From Terriglobia bacterium (GTDB lineage Bacteria > Acidobacteriota > Terriglobia > JAJPHL01 > JAPKYU01): a stretch of DNA of 64,000 nucleotides. The translations under genes and the position numbers were made by a program. The stretch lies in the NCBI GenBank assembly GCA_965206645.1, contig CBDBKE010000003.1, forward strand, positions 384,001 to 448,000, read 5' to 3'. Below the pieces are notes generated by a model. It was not told where the DNA came from. It saw only the letters and a list, made by a program, of their open reading frames with translations, and ran no database searches. Position 1 is the stretch's first letter, and the number at the start of each line of letters is the position of its first letter. Shown here in pieces: positions 18,686 through 30,026 of this stretch.

Positions 18686-21600
18686 ATGAACCAGGCTCAC
18701 CACGGCATTCTGGCGCTTGCGCTGTCGCTGGTGGCCTGTGGGGTGCTTTACTCGCTACGTCGTCGCAGCGGTCAGGGTTTCTTGCTGGCCTGGGCCGCTA
18801 CTTGGGCGCTGCTGGCCGGCTACTACAGCTTGTCACTGCTGCCTCTACATTCGGGCCAACGTCTGGCCCAAGCCGCACAGGAGACCCTGATGGTGCTGGC
18901 TGCGCTGTCGCTACTGGCGATGGCAGTGGGAACGCCAGTGCGGCCTCGATTCGGGGAGTGGTACGCGTTGGGGGCGGGCCTCGGCCTCATCTGGAGCGCA
19001 ACCTATGCGTACGGGTGGCTCCAGCCTCTGGCCGCACTTTCGCCGGCTGCCGGCAGCTCGCTCCTGCTGCTGTACGCTGCCGCTCGCTTCTGGCACCAGA
19101 GTCGGGCCGGCAAGGCGCTGGGGCTGCGCCTTCTGAGTCTGGCGTCCTTGCTGTTGGGTTGCACGCTAGCTGCCGAGGGCGCGGGCACGTTGCTTGGCGC
19201 CGGTCTGGGGGTCGCCAATTCTGGTGCTGCGACCTACGGTCTGCTGGTGCTGGCGGTAGCCATGGCTGTGGTGCTCCATGACGAACAGCAGCACAAAGTA
19301 GAAGATCACCTGCTTGGCCTCTCAGACCTCAATCTGCACACCAGCGGCTATCAGACTGCCAGGAATCTCCAGCAGACCCTGGGGCAGGTGCTGGAGCGCA
19401 TTCTCAATCTGTACGGACTTTCCCAAGGGATGATCACCCTGCAAGGGTCGGAGCGCTACCCGGGGACGCACCTGTTCCGCGGGTTCAGCACCGAGGCGGT
19501 TGCCGAATGGGAGCGCCGCGACCTGGACGCCGCCGCGATAGCTCTGGTGGACCGCATGGGCAGCCCGGTGCTACTGAACGACCTGCAAGATCGCCCGGCG
19601 GCCGGCGGCCCGGAATCCGATACAGCGCTCCGGGAATTCCGCCAGGTGTTGCGGGAGGCGGGAATTCAGGCCTTGGTCGCCATCGGGCTCAAGACTAACG
19701 CAGCACGATACGGGGCGCTCGTGCTGGCCTATCCGGCACAACGGGTCTGGATCCCGGCGGAATTGCGCCTGCTGGCCACGGTCGCCGAGCAGATTGCGAT
19801 GGCAGTGGAGAATTTCCTGCTGTCCCGGGATTCCCACCGTCGCGCTGAGGAACTGCGCCTGTTGAACCACACCGGCCACGCCTTCAGCTCTACGCTCAAT
19901 CGGGATGAACTGCTGCGCCGCATTCACCGGGAAATCGAGAAGCTGATGGACGCCAGGAATTTCTACATTGCCTTGTGGGACGAACCCGACCGGCAAATTC
20001 ACTTTGAGCTGGAGGCGGAAAACAGCGTTTATCTGCCGAAGCGCCGGCGCAAAATGCGAAACTCCATCACCGAGTATGTTCTGTGCACCCGGGAACCGCT
20101 CTTACTCAGGGAGCGCCCTGATGAATTCCGTGCCACCCATGGCATCGAACCGAGCAGCCGTCCGGCGCGCTGCTGGCTGGGCGTGCCCCTGCTACTGCAC
20201 GAGCGCGCGACCGGCGTGATGGCCGTGCAGAATCTTGAACGCGAAAACGCCTACGACGGGGGGCACCTGGAAATCATAAAGACCTTGGCTGGCCAGGCGG
20301 CCATCGCACTGGAGAACGCGCGGCTGTTCAGCGAAGAACAGCGGCGTTTGCGCCAGTTGAGTTTTCTGAACAACATCACCCTGATTGCCGTCTCCACCCT
20401 AAACGCCGACGAGATGCTGGCCGAAATCGCCCGCGAGATCCAGCGCAACTTCGCCTACGACCACATCGGCATCGGCCTGCTCGATTATCAGACCAAGGAG
20501 ATCGAAATCAAGGCTGAAGCCGGGCTTCGGGCCCAGGCACTGGGCCGCCGCATTCCGCTGGACGTGGGAGTAATCGGGGGCGTGGCCCGCACTGGCGAAA
20601 TGGTGCTGATGAACGACCTGCTCGCGGAAAAGCGCGCCCAGGGCATCCTGACCAACGCCCGCTCCGAACTGTGCCTGCCCATCCTCTACGCCGACCAGAT
20701 GCTGGGCGTGCTGAACGTGGAGAGCGTCCAGGAGGGTGCCTTCCAGCAAGAAGACGTGATGATCCTGCGCACTCTGGCCGACCATCTCTCCGCCGCCCTG
20801 CACAACGCCTTCATCTTCCAGCGTACCCGACAGTAGGCTATTACCGACGGCCTGACCGGGGTCAAGACCCATTACTTCTTCATGGAATCCCTGCAAGCCG
20901 AGTGGAAAAGTGCCACGCGCGCCGGGCGTGTCTTTTCGCTCGTGCTGCTTGACCTGGACAGTTTCAAGCAGGTGAATGACACTCTGGGCCACCTGGAAGG
21001 GGATCTGGTGCTGGCCCGGCTGGGAAAGATCTTGGATCAGAGAAGCCGCCAGTCCAATGTGGTGGCCCGCTACGGTGGCGAAGAATTCATAATCTTGATG
21101 CCGGAAGCCGGCGCCGAACAGGCCCAGATTCTGGCCGAGCGCCTGCGCTTGTGGATCGCCTCCGATTCAGTCTTCTCTACCCGGAAGCTGACCGCCAGCT
21201 TCGGCCTGGCCACCTTCCCCAGCCACGGCGATTCGCCCGAGGAGTTAATCCGCGCCGCCGACGCCGGCCTTTACCTGGCCAAACACCGGGGAGGAAACAT
21301 GGTGGAGGTGGCGGAACAGTTCCGGCGCCAGGAGGAGAGGCTGTGGCGTGGGCACGTGCTTTCCACCTACCTGGAGAACCTGAGCCGGCGGCTGGAGAGC
21401 ACGGGGCCAGAGACCTTCCATTACCTGCTGCAACGACTGGAAGAAGCCTGGCCTGCCTTCCCCGGCGACCCGCTGGAGTTGGAGCGCGCGGTGCTGGAAG
21501 GCATGGCGGCCCTGGCGGAAGCCGTCGATCGGCGCGCCTACCTTGGGGGCAGCCACCTGCAGGCGATGACTCGCTACGCCATGTTGCTGGCCGCCGCCAT

Positions 21601-22075
21601 GCGCCTGCCGGAACGAGAGCAAGACGACCTCCGGGCCGCGGCCCGTGTGCACGACATTGGTTACCTGGCTGTGCCCGCTGGCATTTTGGAGAAAACCGGA
21701 AAACTCACTCCCGCCGATTTTGCCGCCTTGCAGACGCACGCCAGCGCCGGAGCGCGCCTGCTCGAAACCGTTCATGTGAACGCCTCCATCGTGGCCTCAG
21801 TTCGCTATCACCACGAGTTCTACAGCGGCAACGGCTATCCGGAAGGGCTGACGGGCGAAGACATTCCCCTTGGAGCGCGCATCTTGGCGGTGGCCGACGC
21901 CTTCGATGCCCTCACCTCGGAGCGCCCGTATCGCCGCCCTCGCAGTCTCAACGAAGCGCTTGAGGAGCTGGAGCGCTTCTCCGGCGTCCAGTTTGACCCT
22001 GTGGTCGTGCAAAGTCTCGTGCGTCTGATCCGGGTGGAAGCTACCGAAGCGGCCGAGGAAATCCCCACCGGCTAA
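18686..22075 (+). pseudogene. Membrane sensor-3xGAF-GGDEF-HD-GYP protein with in-frame TAG at 20834-20836
   Basis: Frame continues RQ*AITDGLTG..; YGGEEF, HDIG, HHE, GNGYP, VADAFDA motifs. Confidence 0.88.
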
Positions 22076-22200
22076 CACAATCGAAAAGGCCTGGCGGTTG
22101 CGGAAGGAGTCGGGCCGTTCCTACTCACTGACAGTTGTCGTAGCCGGCTTTGTTGCGGTTGCCGCAGCCGCGCGCGATCGGGGTCCCTCTCGGCAAACCG

Positions 22201-22653
22201 CTAGGCTGTGCGCTCCCGGCTGACCCCCAGGGCGCGTTCGTACCCCACCGCTGTGTAGTAGATGGCGTCGTTGAAGAACTGGTCCACCTTGTTGACCAGC
22301 TCCTGCTCGCCGTAAATTTCCAATGCTGTTCCGCCTAGGCCGTGAGTGTTCACGTAGATCAGCAGGTTCTTCTTGGTCAGGATCAGCGCGTAGATTACTT
22401 CGTGCAAGGGGATGCCCTCTCCGAAGCGGCGGCGGCCGAGGTCTTCGTAGTTCAGCCTGATCTCGTCGCGGGATTTTCCCACCATCCAGGCGCCGAGGTT
22501 CTTGTAGACGCTATAGGTGCGGTTGTGAATCTCCGTATCGGGGAAGCAACGATAGCCCGGGGTATGGGGATGCGACTTCAACTGCTGGACAAGGCCCTGG
22601 GTGAGCTGCTCGGCGTTGGCTTCAATCATTTGGATGAGCCGGGTGGAAAGCAT
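22201..22653 (-). CDS. Hypothetical all-helical protein (RsbRD-N/globin-like; weak)
   Basis: AGGAGG RBS; G..RF.EGIPL.EVI.AL pattern. Confidence 0.7.
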   Translation of the reverse strand: MLSTRLIQMIEANAEQLTQGLVQQLKSHPHTPGYRCFPDTEIHNRTYSVYKNLGAWMVGKSRDEIRLNYEDLGRRRFGEGIPLHEVIYALILTKKNLLIYVNTHGLGGTALEIYGEQELVNKVDQFFNDAIYYTAVGYERALGVSRERTA

Positions 22654-22721
22654 CGGGCCACCTCCTGCTACTGGGGCTCCCATTGTACACTGTCCGGTTT
22701 GATTGGGAAGCGCCGAGCGCG

Positions 22722-24668
22722 CTACTTGACCGTCAGCCGCCAGAGTTCCTTCTCGCGGAAGATGCGGAACAGCTCCTCGTCCAACATCTTGTCTTTGACC
22801 TCGAATCCGATGATGTTGAGAGCCTTCTCGACCGGCACCGCCTTCTTATAGGGGCGGTCCGAAGCCGACAGCGCGTCGTAGATGTCCGAGATGGTCATCA
22901 TTTTCGACTGGATGGGGATGTCCGGAGCGAAAATCTTGCGCGGATACCCGCTGCCGTTCAGCTTCTCATGGTGGGCGCGCGCGATCAACGGGATGTTGCG
23001 AATCTCTTTGGTCCACGGGATCTTGCTGAGGAAATTGAAGGTGTGCTCAACGTGGGATTGGATATCCTCGCGCTCGGCCTCGTCCAGACTGCCCTTGGGG
23101 ATGGAGAGCAGCCGCATCTCGCCAGGTTGAAGCAGCGCACGCTCCTCGCCGGCCCAATCGTCCAGGAAGCGGCGTGCGGCCAGGTCGGCCAGCCGTTCGA
23201 AGTTGCCTTCGGGAAGCACGGTTGGTTCGTTGCACTGCAACAGAAACTCGAAAAACCCGTCCATCTCCTTCAGGCGTTCGGCCAGCTCGGCATCGAATTC
23301 GGGCAGCCGCCTGAGGTATTCCTCGCGGCCCTTTTCTAACAGGTACTGGAGCCGGTGGCCGGCGTGCTCTTCTCGGATGGACTTGCGAACAAAGTTGAAC
23401 CGTTCCCGCACGATTTCTAGCTGAGCCGGATACAGCTTCTTGGCTTTGATCAGCACCTCCTCGCGGACCCCAACCTTGCCGAAGTCGTGCAGCACCGCGG
23501 CGTAGCGGAGCTCGCGCATCTGGTCGGGAGTGAACCTGACGTCGCGATAGGGACCGTCGTCCACGCCGTCCACCGCCTCGGCCAGTGCGCTGGTGACCTT
23601 CTCCACGCGGAACGAGTGGCCAAAGGTGGTGGGGTCGCGTGCCTCGATCGCTACCACCGAAGCCTTCACTAGGCCTTCGAACAAATTCTGAATGCTCTCA
23701 TAGAGCCGGGCCTTTTCCAGGGCCACCGCTGCCTGGCTGGCCAGCGATTCCACCAACTGCTGCACTCGCCCCGGGTAGGGAATCACTAGCAGGTCGGCGT
23801 TCTCCGGGGTGACCTTGGCCTGGGGGTCCCTCTTGCAATTGATCAGTTGCAGGACTCCTACCACTTCGCCCCTGGGGTTTTTCATCGGCACCGCCAGCAT
23901 GGACTTCGTGCGGTATCCGATCTGGGTGTCAAAGTCGCGGCTAAAGCCGAACGGCATGCCCGGCGGCAGATAGTAAACGTCAATAAGCGCCAGGGTCTCC
24001 CCTTTGAGCGCCACGTAGGGGGCGATCCGGCTGGTATCAATGGGGATGGTGAACTGATTGAAGGCGACCTGCACGCTGTCATTCTGGGTCAGCGTGAAAC
24101 GCAGCACCTTCTCTTCCGTCGCCTCATTCTCTTCCACCAGGTAGAGGGAACCGGCGTCGCTGCCAGTGATTTCGCGGCTCTTGCCCAGGATCAGCTCCAG
24201 CAGGGGCTGCACATCCCGCTCGGCCGAAAGGGCGATGCCGATGCTGTTGAGGTCGTCGATTTCGTCGTGGGCCCGCTTGAGCGACTCCGTTAACTCTCGA
24301 TTCTTCGACGCCAGGCGCAGATTCTCCAACGCGCCGCGCACCGTGCTTTCCAGCACGCCCTGGTGAAACGGCCGGGGCAGGAAGAAATAGATCGGGAAGC
24401 CCGTAGATTCGGCGGGCAGGGTGCCGTCTCCTTCCAGCACGTAAACCAGCCGCGCCTGCTCCTCCAGCACCGCCTCGCGCAGTTCGGTCGAAAACACTGC
24501 CGGCGTGCCGGAGATAATGACGGTCGGCGGCTTCAGGTTAAGGATCGAGACCTCTTTCACCGCGCGCGCGCCGGGCAGCCACTGACGCAATTGCTCCAGC
24601 CCCTCGTCCTGGGTCACCAGAAGTACTTTTTCTCCCAATTCGGGCTGTGGAGCAGCTTGGGTGGACAT
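22722..24668 (-). CDS. GAF + HD-GYP phosphodiesterase
   Basis: GAF (YRTKSMLAVPM), GHS.RV, LHDFGKVG, HHEKLNGSGYP. Confidence 0.92.
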   Translation of the reverse strand: MSTQAAPQPELGEKVLLVTQDEGLEQLRQWLPGARAVKEVSILNLKPPTVIISGTPAVFSTELREAVLEEQARLVYVLEGDGTLPAESTGFPIYFFLPRPFHQGVLESTVRGALENLRLASKNRELTESLKRAHDEIDDLNSIGIALSAERDVQPLLELILGKSREITGSDAGSLYLVEENEATEEKVLRFTLTQNDSVQVAFNQFTIPIDTSRIAPYVALKGETLALIDVYYLPPGMPFGFSRDFDTQIGYRTKSMLAVPMKNPRGEVVGVLQLINCKRDPQAKVTPENADLLVIPYPGRVQQLVESLASQAAVALEKARLYESIQNLFEGLVKASVVAIEARDPTTFGHSFRVEKVTSALAEAVDGVDDGPYRDVRFTPDQMRELRYAAVLHDFGKVGVREEVLIKAKKLYPAQLEIVRERFNFVRKSIREEHAGHRLQYLLEKGREEYLRRLPEFDAELAERLKEMDGFFEFLLQCNEPTVLPEGNFERLADLAARRFLDDWAGEERALLQPGEMRLLSIPKGSLDEAEREDIQSHVEHTFNFLSKIPWTKEIRNIPLIARAHHEKLNGSGYPRKIFAPDIPIQSKMMTISDIYDALSASDRPYKKAVPVEKALNIIGFEVKDKMLDEELFRIFREKELWRLTVK

Positions 24669-24819
24669 GACTTCGAACCCCGCGGAATGCAAAGAGTTGC
24701 GAGCCGATGTTACCTGATTGCCTACTGGGTTTGCAACTGCCAGCCCCCGGCCCATTCTGGCACTTGCGGCGGAAAGCATCTGCCGCGAGGCGTCTCGGAC
24801 CCACGGCCCTCCAGTCTCC

Positions 24820-25563
24820 CTAAGTCTTCAGCACAAAGTAGACTTCTTCCTTGACGGACTCCTTGGGAAACCCGGCACGGCGGAGCATGCCGTGGGCGTT
24901 CGCGATCATCGTCGGGTGCCCGCACAGGTAGGCGGTAGTGGTTTCAGGGGTGAGACCCAGCTGGTCGGTATACTTGCGCAGCACGTCGTCTACGCGCCCG
25001 CGCTCACCCCGCCACTCGGGATCTTCCCAGCTACGGCTGACGGTGGGAACAAATTTCAGCCACGGGTGGTTACGGGCGGTCTCCTCCAGTTCGTGGGCGT
25101 AAGCGAATTCCCAAGAGCGGCTGGCACCCTCCATGACGAACAGTTGGTGGCCCTCTTCCGGCTGGCGGACCATGGTGCGGACCATGCTGACGAAAGGGGC
25201 CACGCCGGTCACAGTGGCCACCATCAGGTGCCGGGTGCGGCCGCTTTTGCGGTCCAGCGTGAACAGGCCCTTGCAGGCCGGGCGCACCAGCAGCTCGGCG
25301 CCGGTTCCGAGCGGGTACAGGAGCGGGGTCAGCGCTCCCTCCGGTACCAGCTCGAAAAAGAACTCCACTTCCGGTTCGGCGGGGCTGGAGACGATCGAAT
25401 AGGGCCGCTCAATGACCTTGCCGTCCTTCGGCACGCCCAGAGTGGCATACTGGCCGGGCTTGAACGAAAGTGGCTGTTCCGGCGCGATGCGGATGCTCCA
25501 CAAATCGGGAGCGTAGTCCTGGCGGGAAACGATCTGGGCACGCAAGTGTTTCGCGGCAGCCAT
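24820..25563 (-). CDS. Ferredoxin--NADP reductase
   Basis: RPYSIVS, GALTP, TVTGVAPF, YLCGHP. Confidence 0.9.
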   Translation of the reverse strand: MAAAKHLRAQIVSRQDYAPDLWSIRIAPEQPLSFKPGQYATLGVPKDGKVIERPYSIVSSPAEPEVEFFFELVPEGALTPLLYPLGTGAELLVRPACKGLFTLDRKSGRTRHLMVATVTGVAPFVSMVRTMVRQPEEGHQLFVMEGASRSWEFAYAHELEETARNHPWLKFVPTVSRSWEDPEWRGERGRVDDVLRKYTDQLGLTPETTTAYLCGHPTMIANAHGMLRRAGFPKESVKEEVYFVLKT

Positions 25564-25700
25564 GGCACCATTCTACTTCACCATCCTTGGCTTGGCCTAG
25601 AGCCGTACTCGCTGGCACCTGCCGACGATCCGGTGGAAAAATTCGTCGAGGGAACGACGGGCAGCAGCGGCCCAGCCGGTCCTCATACAAAAATGAAGGA

Positions 25701-27026
25701 TTAACCGCGCCTGCGCGACCGGCGGAACAGCAGGTAGAACGGCACTCCGGCGGCCACCGTCAGCAGTCCCCAAAGCGACTCCTTCGGATAAACTCGGAAG
25801 GTAAAGACCGCGATAACGGGTGAGGCGGCAACGAAAAGAGCCGGAAGGAAAGGATAAGCAGGAACGCGAAAGGGGCGAGGCAGGTCCGGGCGGCGTGCGC
25901 GCAGCACGAATACACCCAGAACCGCCAGCCCCGCAAACAGTACCAGGATAAAGCTTACGTAAACCACCAGCGATTCGAAGGCCGAAACGCAAATCAAGAT
26001 GGTGCACCAGGTACTCTGCAAAAAGATGGCTCGCGCCGGGGTGTGAAAGCGAGGATGGACGGTGGCAATCGCCTGAGGAAAGACGCCGTCGCGCGCCATG
26101 GCAAAATAGACGCGCGGCCCAGCCAAGACCATGGCGCTGACGGACCCGGCCAGCGCTAGCAACAGCATCCCGGTGACCAGGTGGCTGGCTACCTGTCCGA
26201 AGGCGGCCACGCTGGCCTTCTCGGCGATGGCCTGCACACCGGCCATCTCCGGGATCGGCAGTGCATACAGATAGAAAGTGTTCAGTGCCAGATAGAGAGC
26301 GGTGACCATCACCGTCCCCCCCAGCAGAGCCAGCGGTAGGTTGCGGGCTGGCTCTCGGATTTCCCCCGCCAGGTAGGCCGCGGCATTCCACCCGCTATAG
26401 GCGAACATCACGAAGACGAGCGAGACCGGAAAATTACTCCACATCGCCGGCTCGGCGCTGCGAAAATGTGCTGTGTCACCGGTGCCCAGCCAGAAGCCAG
26501 CCACCACCAAGACCAAAATTGCCGATACGGTGGCCGCGGTGATCATCCGTTGGAACAAACCGCCTAGTCCGACGCCCAGTGCATGGACCATGGTCAGTCC
26601 CCAGACTAACGCAATGGCCAGCGCGATCCCTGCCACCCGCGGGGGCTCCACGGCAGGGAAAAAGTGCGCCGCATAGTGCGCAAACGCCAAGGACACCGCT
26701 GCGATGGCACCACTGAAACCAATGAAAAACGAGACCCATCCGCTCAGAAACCCGACCAGCGGTCCGTAGGTTTCGCGTAGGTAGACATACTCGCCACCCG
26801 CCTCCGGCATAGCTGCTCCCAATTCGCTATAGGAGAGCGCCCCGGCCAGTGCGAGCATGCCCCCGACCACCCAAACCGCCAGCAGTGCCACCGGATCGCC
26901 AAGATCCCGGGCAAGAAAACCCGAAGTGGTGAAGATGCCCGCTCCAATCACATTGGCCACCACTACGGAGGCAGCGGTGAGCGGTCCAAGACGGCGATCC
27001 AGGGTGGCGTGCGTGCCGGGTTCCAC
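25701..27026 (-). CDS. APC family amino acid permease
   Basis: IGAGIF, GGEYVYL, FAYSGWN, RVYFAMARDG. Confidence 0.92.
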   Translation of the reverse strand: MEPGTHATLDRRLGPLTAASVVVANVIGAGIFTTSGFLARDLGDPVALLAVWVVGGMLALAGALSYSELGAAMPEAGGEYVYLRETYGPLVGFLSGWVSFFIGFSGAIAAVSLAFAHYAAHFFPAVEPPRVAGIALAIALVWGLTMVHALGVGLGGLFQRMITAATVSAILVLVVAGFWLGTGDTAHFRSAEPAMWSNFPVSLVFVMFAYSGWNAAAYLAGEIREPARNLPLALLGGTVMVTALYLALNTFYLYALPIPEMAGVQAIAEKASVAAFGQVASHLVTGMLLLALAGSVSAMVLAGPRVYFAMARDGVFPQAIATVHPRFHTPARAIFLQSTWCTILICVSAFESLVVYVSFILVLFAGLAVLGVFVLRARRPDLPRPFRVPAYPFLPALFVAASPVIAVFTFRVYPKESLWGLLTVAAGVPFYLLFRRSRRRG

Positions 27027-27132
27027 GAAGCTAGCTTATCCGAACACGGGCCCATTCGCAGACTGACATATCCCTGGTCCCGAAGGCATTGCCAAACTAG
27101 CAAATAGCTTCAGTGTGGGAACCGGCTTCCAA

Positions 27133-28790
27133 CCCGGATTTCCGTTTTGAAACTCCAAAGCTAACCTTATACTGACCTCCGACGCCAATATTTATGCCGG
27201 TTCCAGCGTCAATACAGCTTCCGGAGGTAGAAACCGAGTGGGTGAGAGGCAAAATCAGCCCTTTCAGTTCTCTTTCAATGCTGCATTGAAGGTCGATTTC
27301 CAGGGGTCGCGGGTTACTTCCGACGGCGGCCTGATCCTCGTGCGCGAATCAGACGAACATTTGGGATTCGGAGAACTCATCAAACAGCACTTGGCCGATC
27401 CTCGGAGAAAGAACACACGGTTGCCCTTTGCTGACCTCCTGCGCCAGTCCGTGTACAGCCGCTTGGCGGGTTACGAAGATATGAATGACGCGGAACGGCT
27501 CTCTCAAGATCCGACGTTCCGGCTGATCGGTTCAGAAAAGATCTGGGAGCGAGGAGCCGCGTTGACTTCCCGGCTGCAATCGTTCGAGACAGAACTACTG
27601 ACGCAAGATGAGAACCTGGCTGGTTTGGCAGCGATCAACCGGGATTTAATCGCCAGGGCGGAAGCTATGGATTCCCCGCAACGGGTGGTGCTGGACATGG
27701 ACTCGACCGAGATTCCGGTCTACGGCCAGCAGGAGCAGAGTGCCTACAACGGGCATTTCGAGTCGAGCTGCTATCACCCGTTGTTGCTGTTCAATCGCGA
27801 GGGTGACTGTCTGGCGGCCAAGCTGCGACCGGGCAACGTGCACAGCGCCGAGGACTGGAAAGAACTTCTCCTGCCGGAGATCGAGCGGCAGCAGCAGCTG
27901 GGCAAGGAAGTGGTGTTTCGTGCCGACGCGGCCTTTGCCAAGCCGGAGATTTACGAGGCTCTGGAGGAGCGGGAGGTAAAGTACGCCATCCGCATCCCGG
28001 CTAACGACAGCCTACAGCGGGACATTGAGGAGTTGCTGACTCGGCCGGTGGGGAGACCCAGCAAGAAGCCGTTGGTGGAGTTCAAGGGCTTTCTATACCA
28101 AGCGGCCAGTTGGAAGACAGCCCGCAGGGTGGTGGCCAAGGTGGAGCATCATCCAGGGGAGCTGTTCCCGCGAGTAGGGTTTATCGTTACGAACTTGACT
28201 CTGCCAAGTCGGGCGGTGATGCGGTTTTACAACAAGCGGGGGACAGCGGAGCAGTGGATCAAAGAAGGAGAGCAAGCAGTGAAGATGACGCGGCTCAGTT
28301 GTCACCGGTTCCGGTCGAACGAGGTCCGGCTGTGGCTCACCATCATTGCCTATAATCTCGGCAACCTGTGGCGGCGACTGGTGCTGCCACAGAGAATCGG
28401 GAACTGGTCCCTGACGAGCTTGCAACAGCGGTTGGTGAAAACGGGAGGACGGCTGGTGAAACATGCGCGATATTACTGGCTTTTGCTGGCCGAAGGGCAC
28501 TTGAGCCGGAGGCTGTTCAGCAGCATGCTGCGAACGATCTCGGCACTGCCGCTGCCAGACGGCTAGCGAACCGGGAGAGAGGGTAATTTTAGGTGCTCAG
28601 AAGTGGTCGGGCCGGATAAGTGTCAGCGGCGCGGCAGGCTGGGCAGGCGAACCCCGCACAGCGACTCCGAAGAACAGCCAAAATGTGCCGCACTACCACC
28701 TCAAAGAGGCCAGAGCTGTTTGCGGTTGACACGACAGGGTACGAGGCATAGCTTTTCGGGTGAAGAGGAAGCTCAAAATGGAAATTCCGG
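27133..28790 (+). mobile_element. IS1380 family element, copy 1 (1658 bp)
   Basis: Imperfect IRs cccggatttccgttttga / tcaaaatggaaattccgg; no matching TSD. Confidence 0.9.
27238..28566 (+). CDS. IS1380 family transposase
   Basis: TSDGGL, LDMDST, RADAAF, RGTAEQWIKE. Confidence 0.93.
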   Translation: MGERQNQPFQFSFNAALKVDFQGSRVTSDGGLILVRESDEHLGFGELIKQHLADPRRKNTRLPFADLLRQSVYSRLAGYEDMNDAERLSQDPTFRLIGSEKIWERGAALTSRLQSFETELLTQDENLAGLAAINRDLIARAEAMDSPQRVVLDMDSTEIPVYGQQEQSAYNGHFESSCYHPLLLFNREGDCLAAKLRPGNVHSAEDWKELLLPEIERQQQLGKEVVFRADAAFAKPEIYEALEEREVKYAIRIPANDSLQRDIEELLTRPVGRPSKKPLVEFKGFLYQAASWKTARRVVAKVEHHPGELFPRVGFIVTNLTLPSRAVMRFYNKRGTAEQWIKEGEQAVKMTRLSCHRFRSNEVRLWLTIIAYNLGNLWRRLVLPQRIGNWSLTSLQQRLVKTGGRLVKHARYYWLLLAEGHLSRRLFSSMLRTISALPLPDG

Positions 28791-29021
28791 TTAAGATGCA
28801 TGCTACCGCGCCCGCGTTTCATCCCATCCAGAAGAGACCATGGCGATCTGAGTTTGAGTCGGTGGGGCGGCCTGAGGTAAAATGTTAAGTCGAGCGGAAG
28901 CTGAACTTGAGAGTTCCCGAGGAAACCGAAGCCCGGGATTCAGCAAGACTGGGATTTGAGCAAGACCGGATTTCAGTAAGAGAGGACGCAACAAATCTTT
29001 AGACACGGGAGGAATCAACTA

Positions 29022-30026
29022 ATGAGAGGCAAGCACTTGGCTTTGGTTTCACTTGCTCTCGCGGCGAGCATTACGCTGCTGTCCCCGGCTTTCGCGCAGG
29101 GCGCCGGCTCGAAACAGAAGCTCTCCGGCGTGATCATCAAGCAAGATGCGGATAGCTTTGTTCTGCGAACGGGTAATGGGATGGACCAGAAAGTCAAGGT
29201 CACGCTTGTCACAGAAATCAAGGAGAAGAAAAAGAATCCCTTCCGGAGCGCAAGGGAGTACGCAGCCAGTGAGCTGCTGCGCAGCCTGAAGGTGGAGGTG
29301 GAAGGGCGGTTAGACGATTCTGGCGTACTGGTTGCCAAAAAGATCCGTTTCACGAACGACGACCTGGAACTGGCCCACGCGGTCGAGGGAAGAGTGGCGC
29401 CGGTGGAAACGCGGGTGGGCAAGGCAGAAGCCAGGATGACGGCGTCGGAGAAGCGACTTGCCCAAAGTGAGGACAACGCGGAGCGGCTGGCCGGCCAGAT
29501 CGAGGAGCTGAACACTATCTCGAATGCCGCGCACGGGGAAGCGAAAGCGGCCCAGCAAACAGCAGATGACGCTGTAGCCGCGGTTCAGGCCACCAACCAA
29601 AGAATTGCAGCGCTGGACGATTACCAGCTCGAAAAGAGCGTCACCGTTCAGTTCAAGGCTGGAAGTGCTTTCCTGTCGATGGAAGCCAAGGACCTGCTGG
29701 ACGAACTGGCGGCCTATGCGGAGACCCAGAAGGGGTTTGTCATTGAAATCGCCGGCTTTGCCTCAGCCGATGGGAGCGAAGAGCTAAACCGTCGTCTCAG
29801 CCAGCGCCGGGCTGAGGCGGTTTCTCAGTACCTAGCCGAGAATCACGATATTCCTTTGCGGCGAATGATTATTCCCTTCGGGTATGGTGAGTCGCATCCC
29901 GTTGCTGACAACTCTACGCGCCAGGGTCGAGAGGGAAACCGGCGTGTGGAAGTCAGGGTCCTGGTCAACCGGGGCTTGACAATGACTACGGAGCCGCAAG
30001 CCAACCTGGTTAAGCAGGAAGGGTGA
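29022..30026 (+). CDS. OmpA family protein (N-terminal DUF5666-like domain, coiled coil)
   Basis: Signal peptide; N..LSQRRA.AV, G.GE..PVADN....GR..NRRVE. Confidence 0.9.
   Translation: MRGKHLALVSLALAASITLLSPAFAQGAGSKQKLSGVIIKQDADSFVLRTGNGMDQKVKVTLVTEIKEKKKNPFRSAREYAASELLRSLKVEVEGRLDDSGVLVAKKIRFTNDDLELAHAVEGRVAPVETRVGKAEARMTASEKRLAQSEDNAERLAGQIEELNTISNAAHGEAKAAQQTADDAVAAVQATNQRIAALDDYQLEKSVTVQFKAGSAFLSMEAKDLLDELAAYAETQKGFVIEIAGFASADGSEELNRRLSQRRAEAVSQYLAENHDIPLRRMIIPFGYGESHPVADNSTRQGREGNRRVEVRVLVNRGLTMTTEPQANLVKQEG

Noticed and set aside
20834-20836. Genome-wide TAG recoding
   Set aside because: TAG ends many clearly complete genes here (serA, add, acyl-CoA ligase, S41 peptidase).
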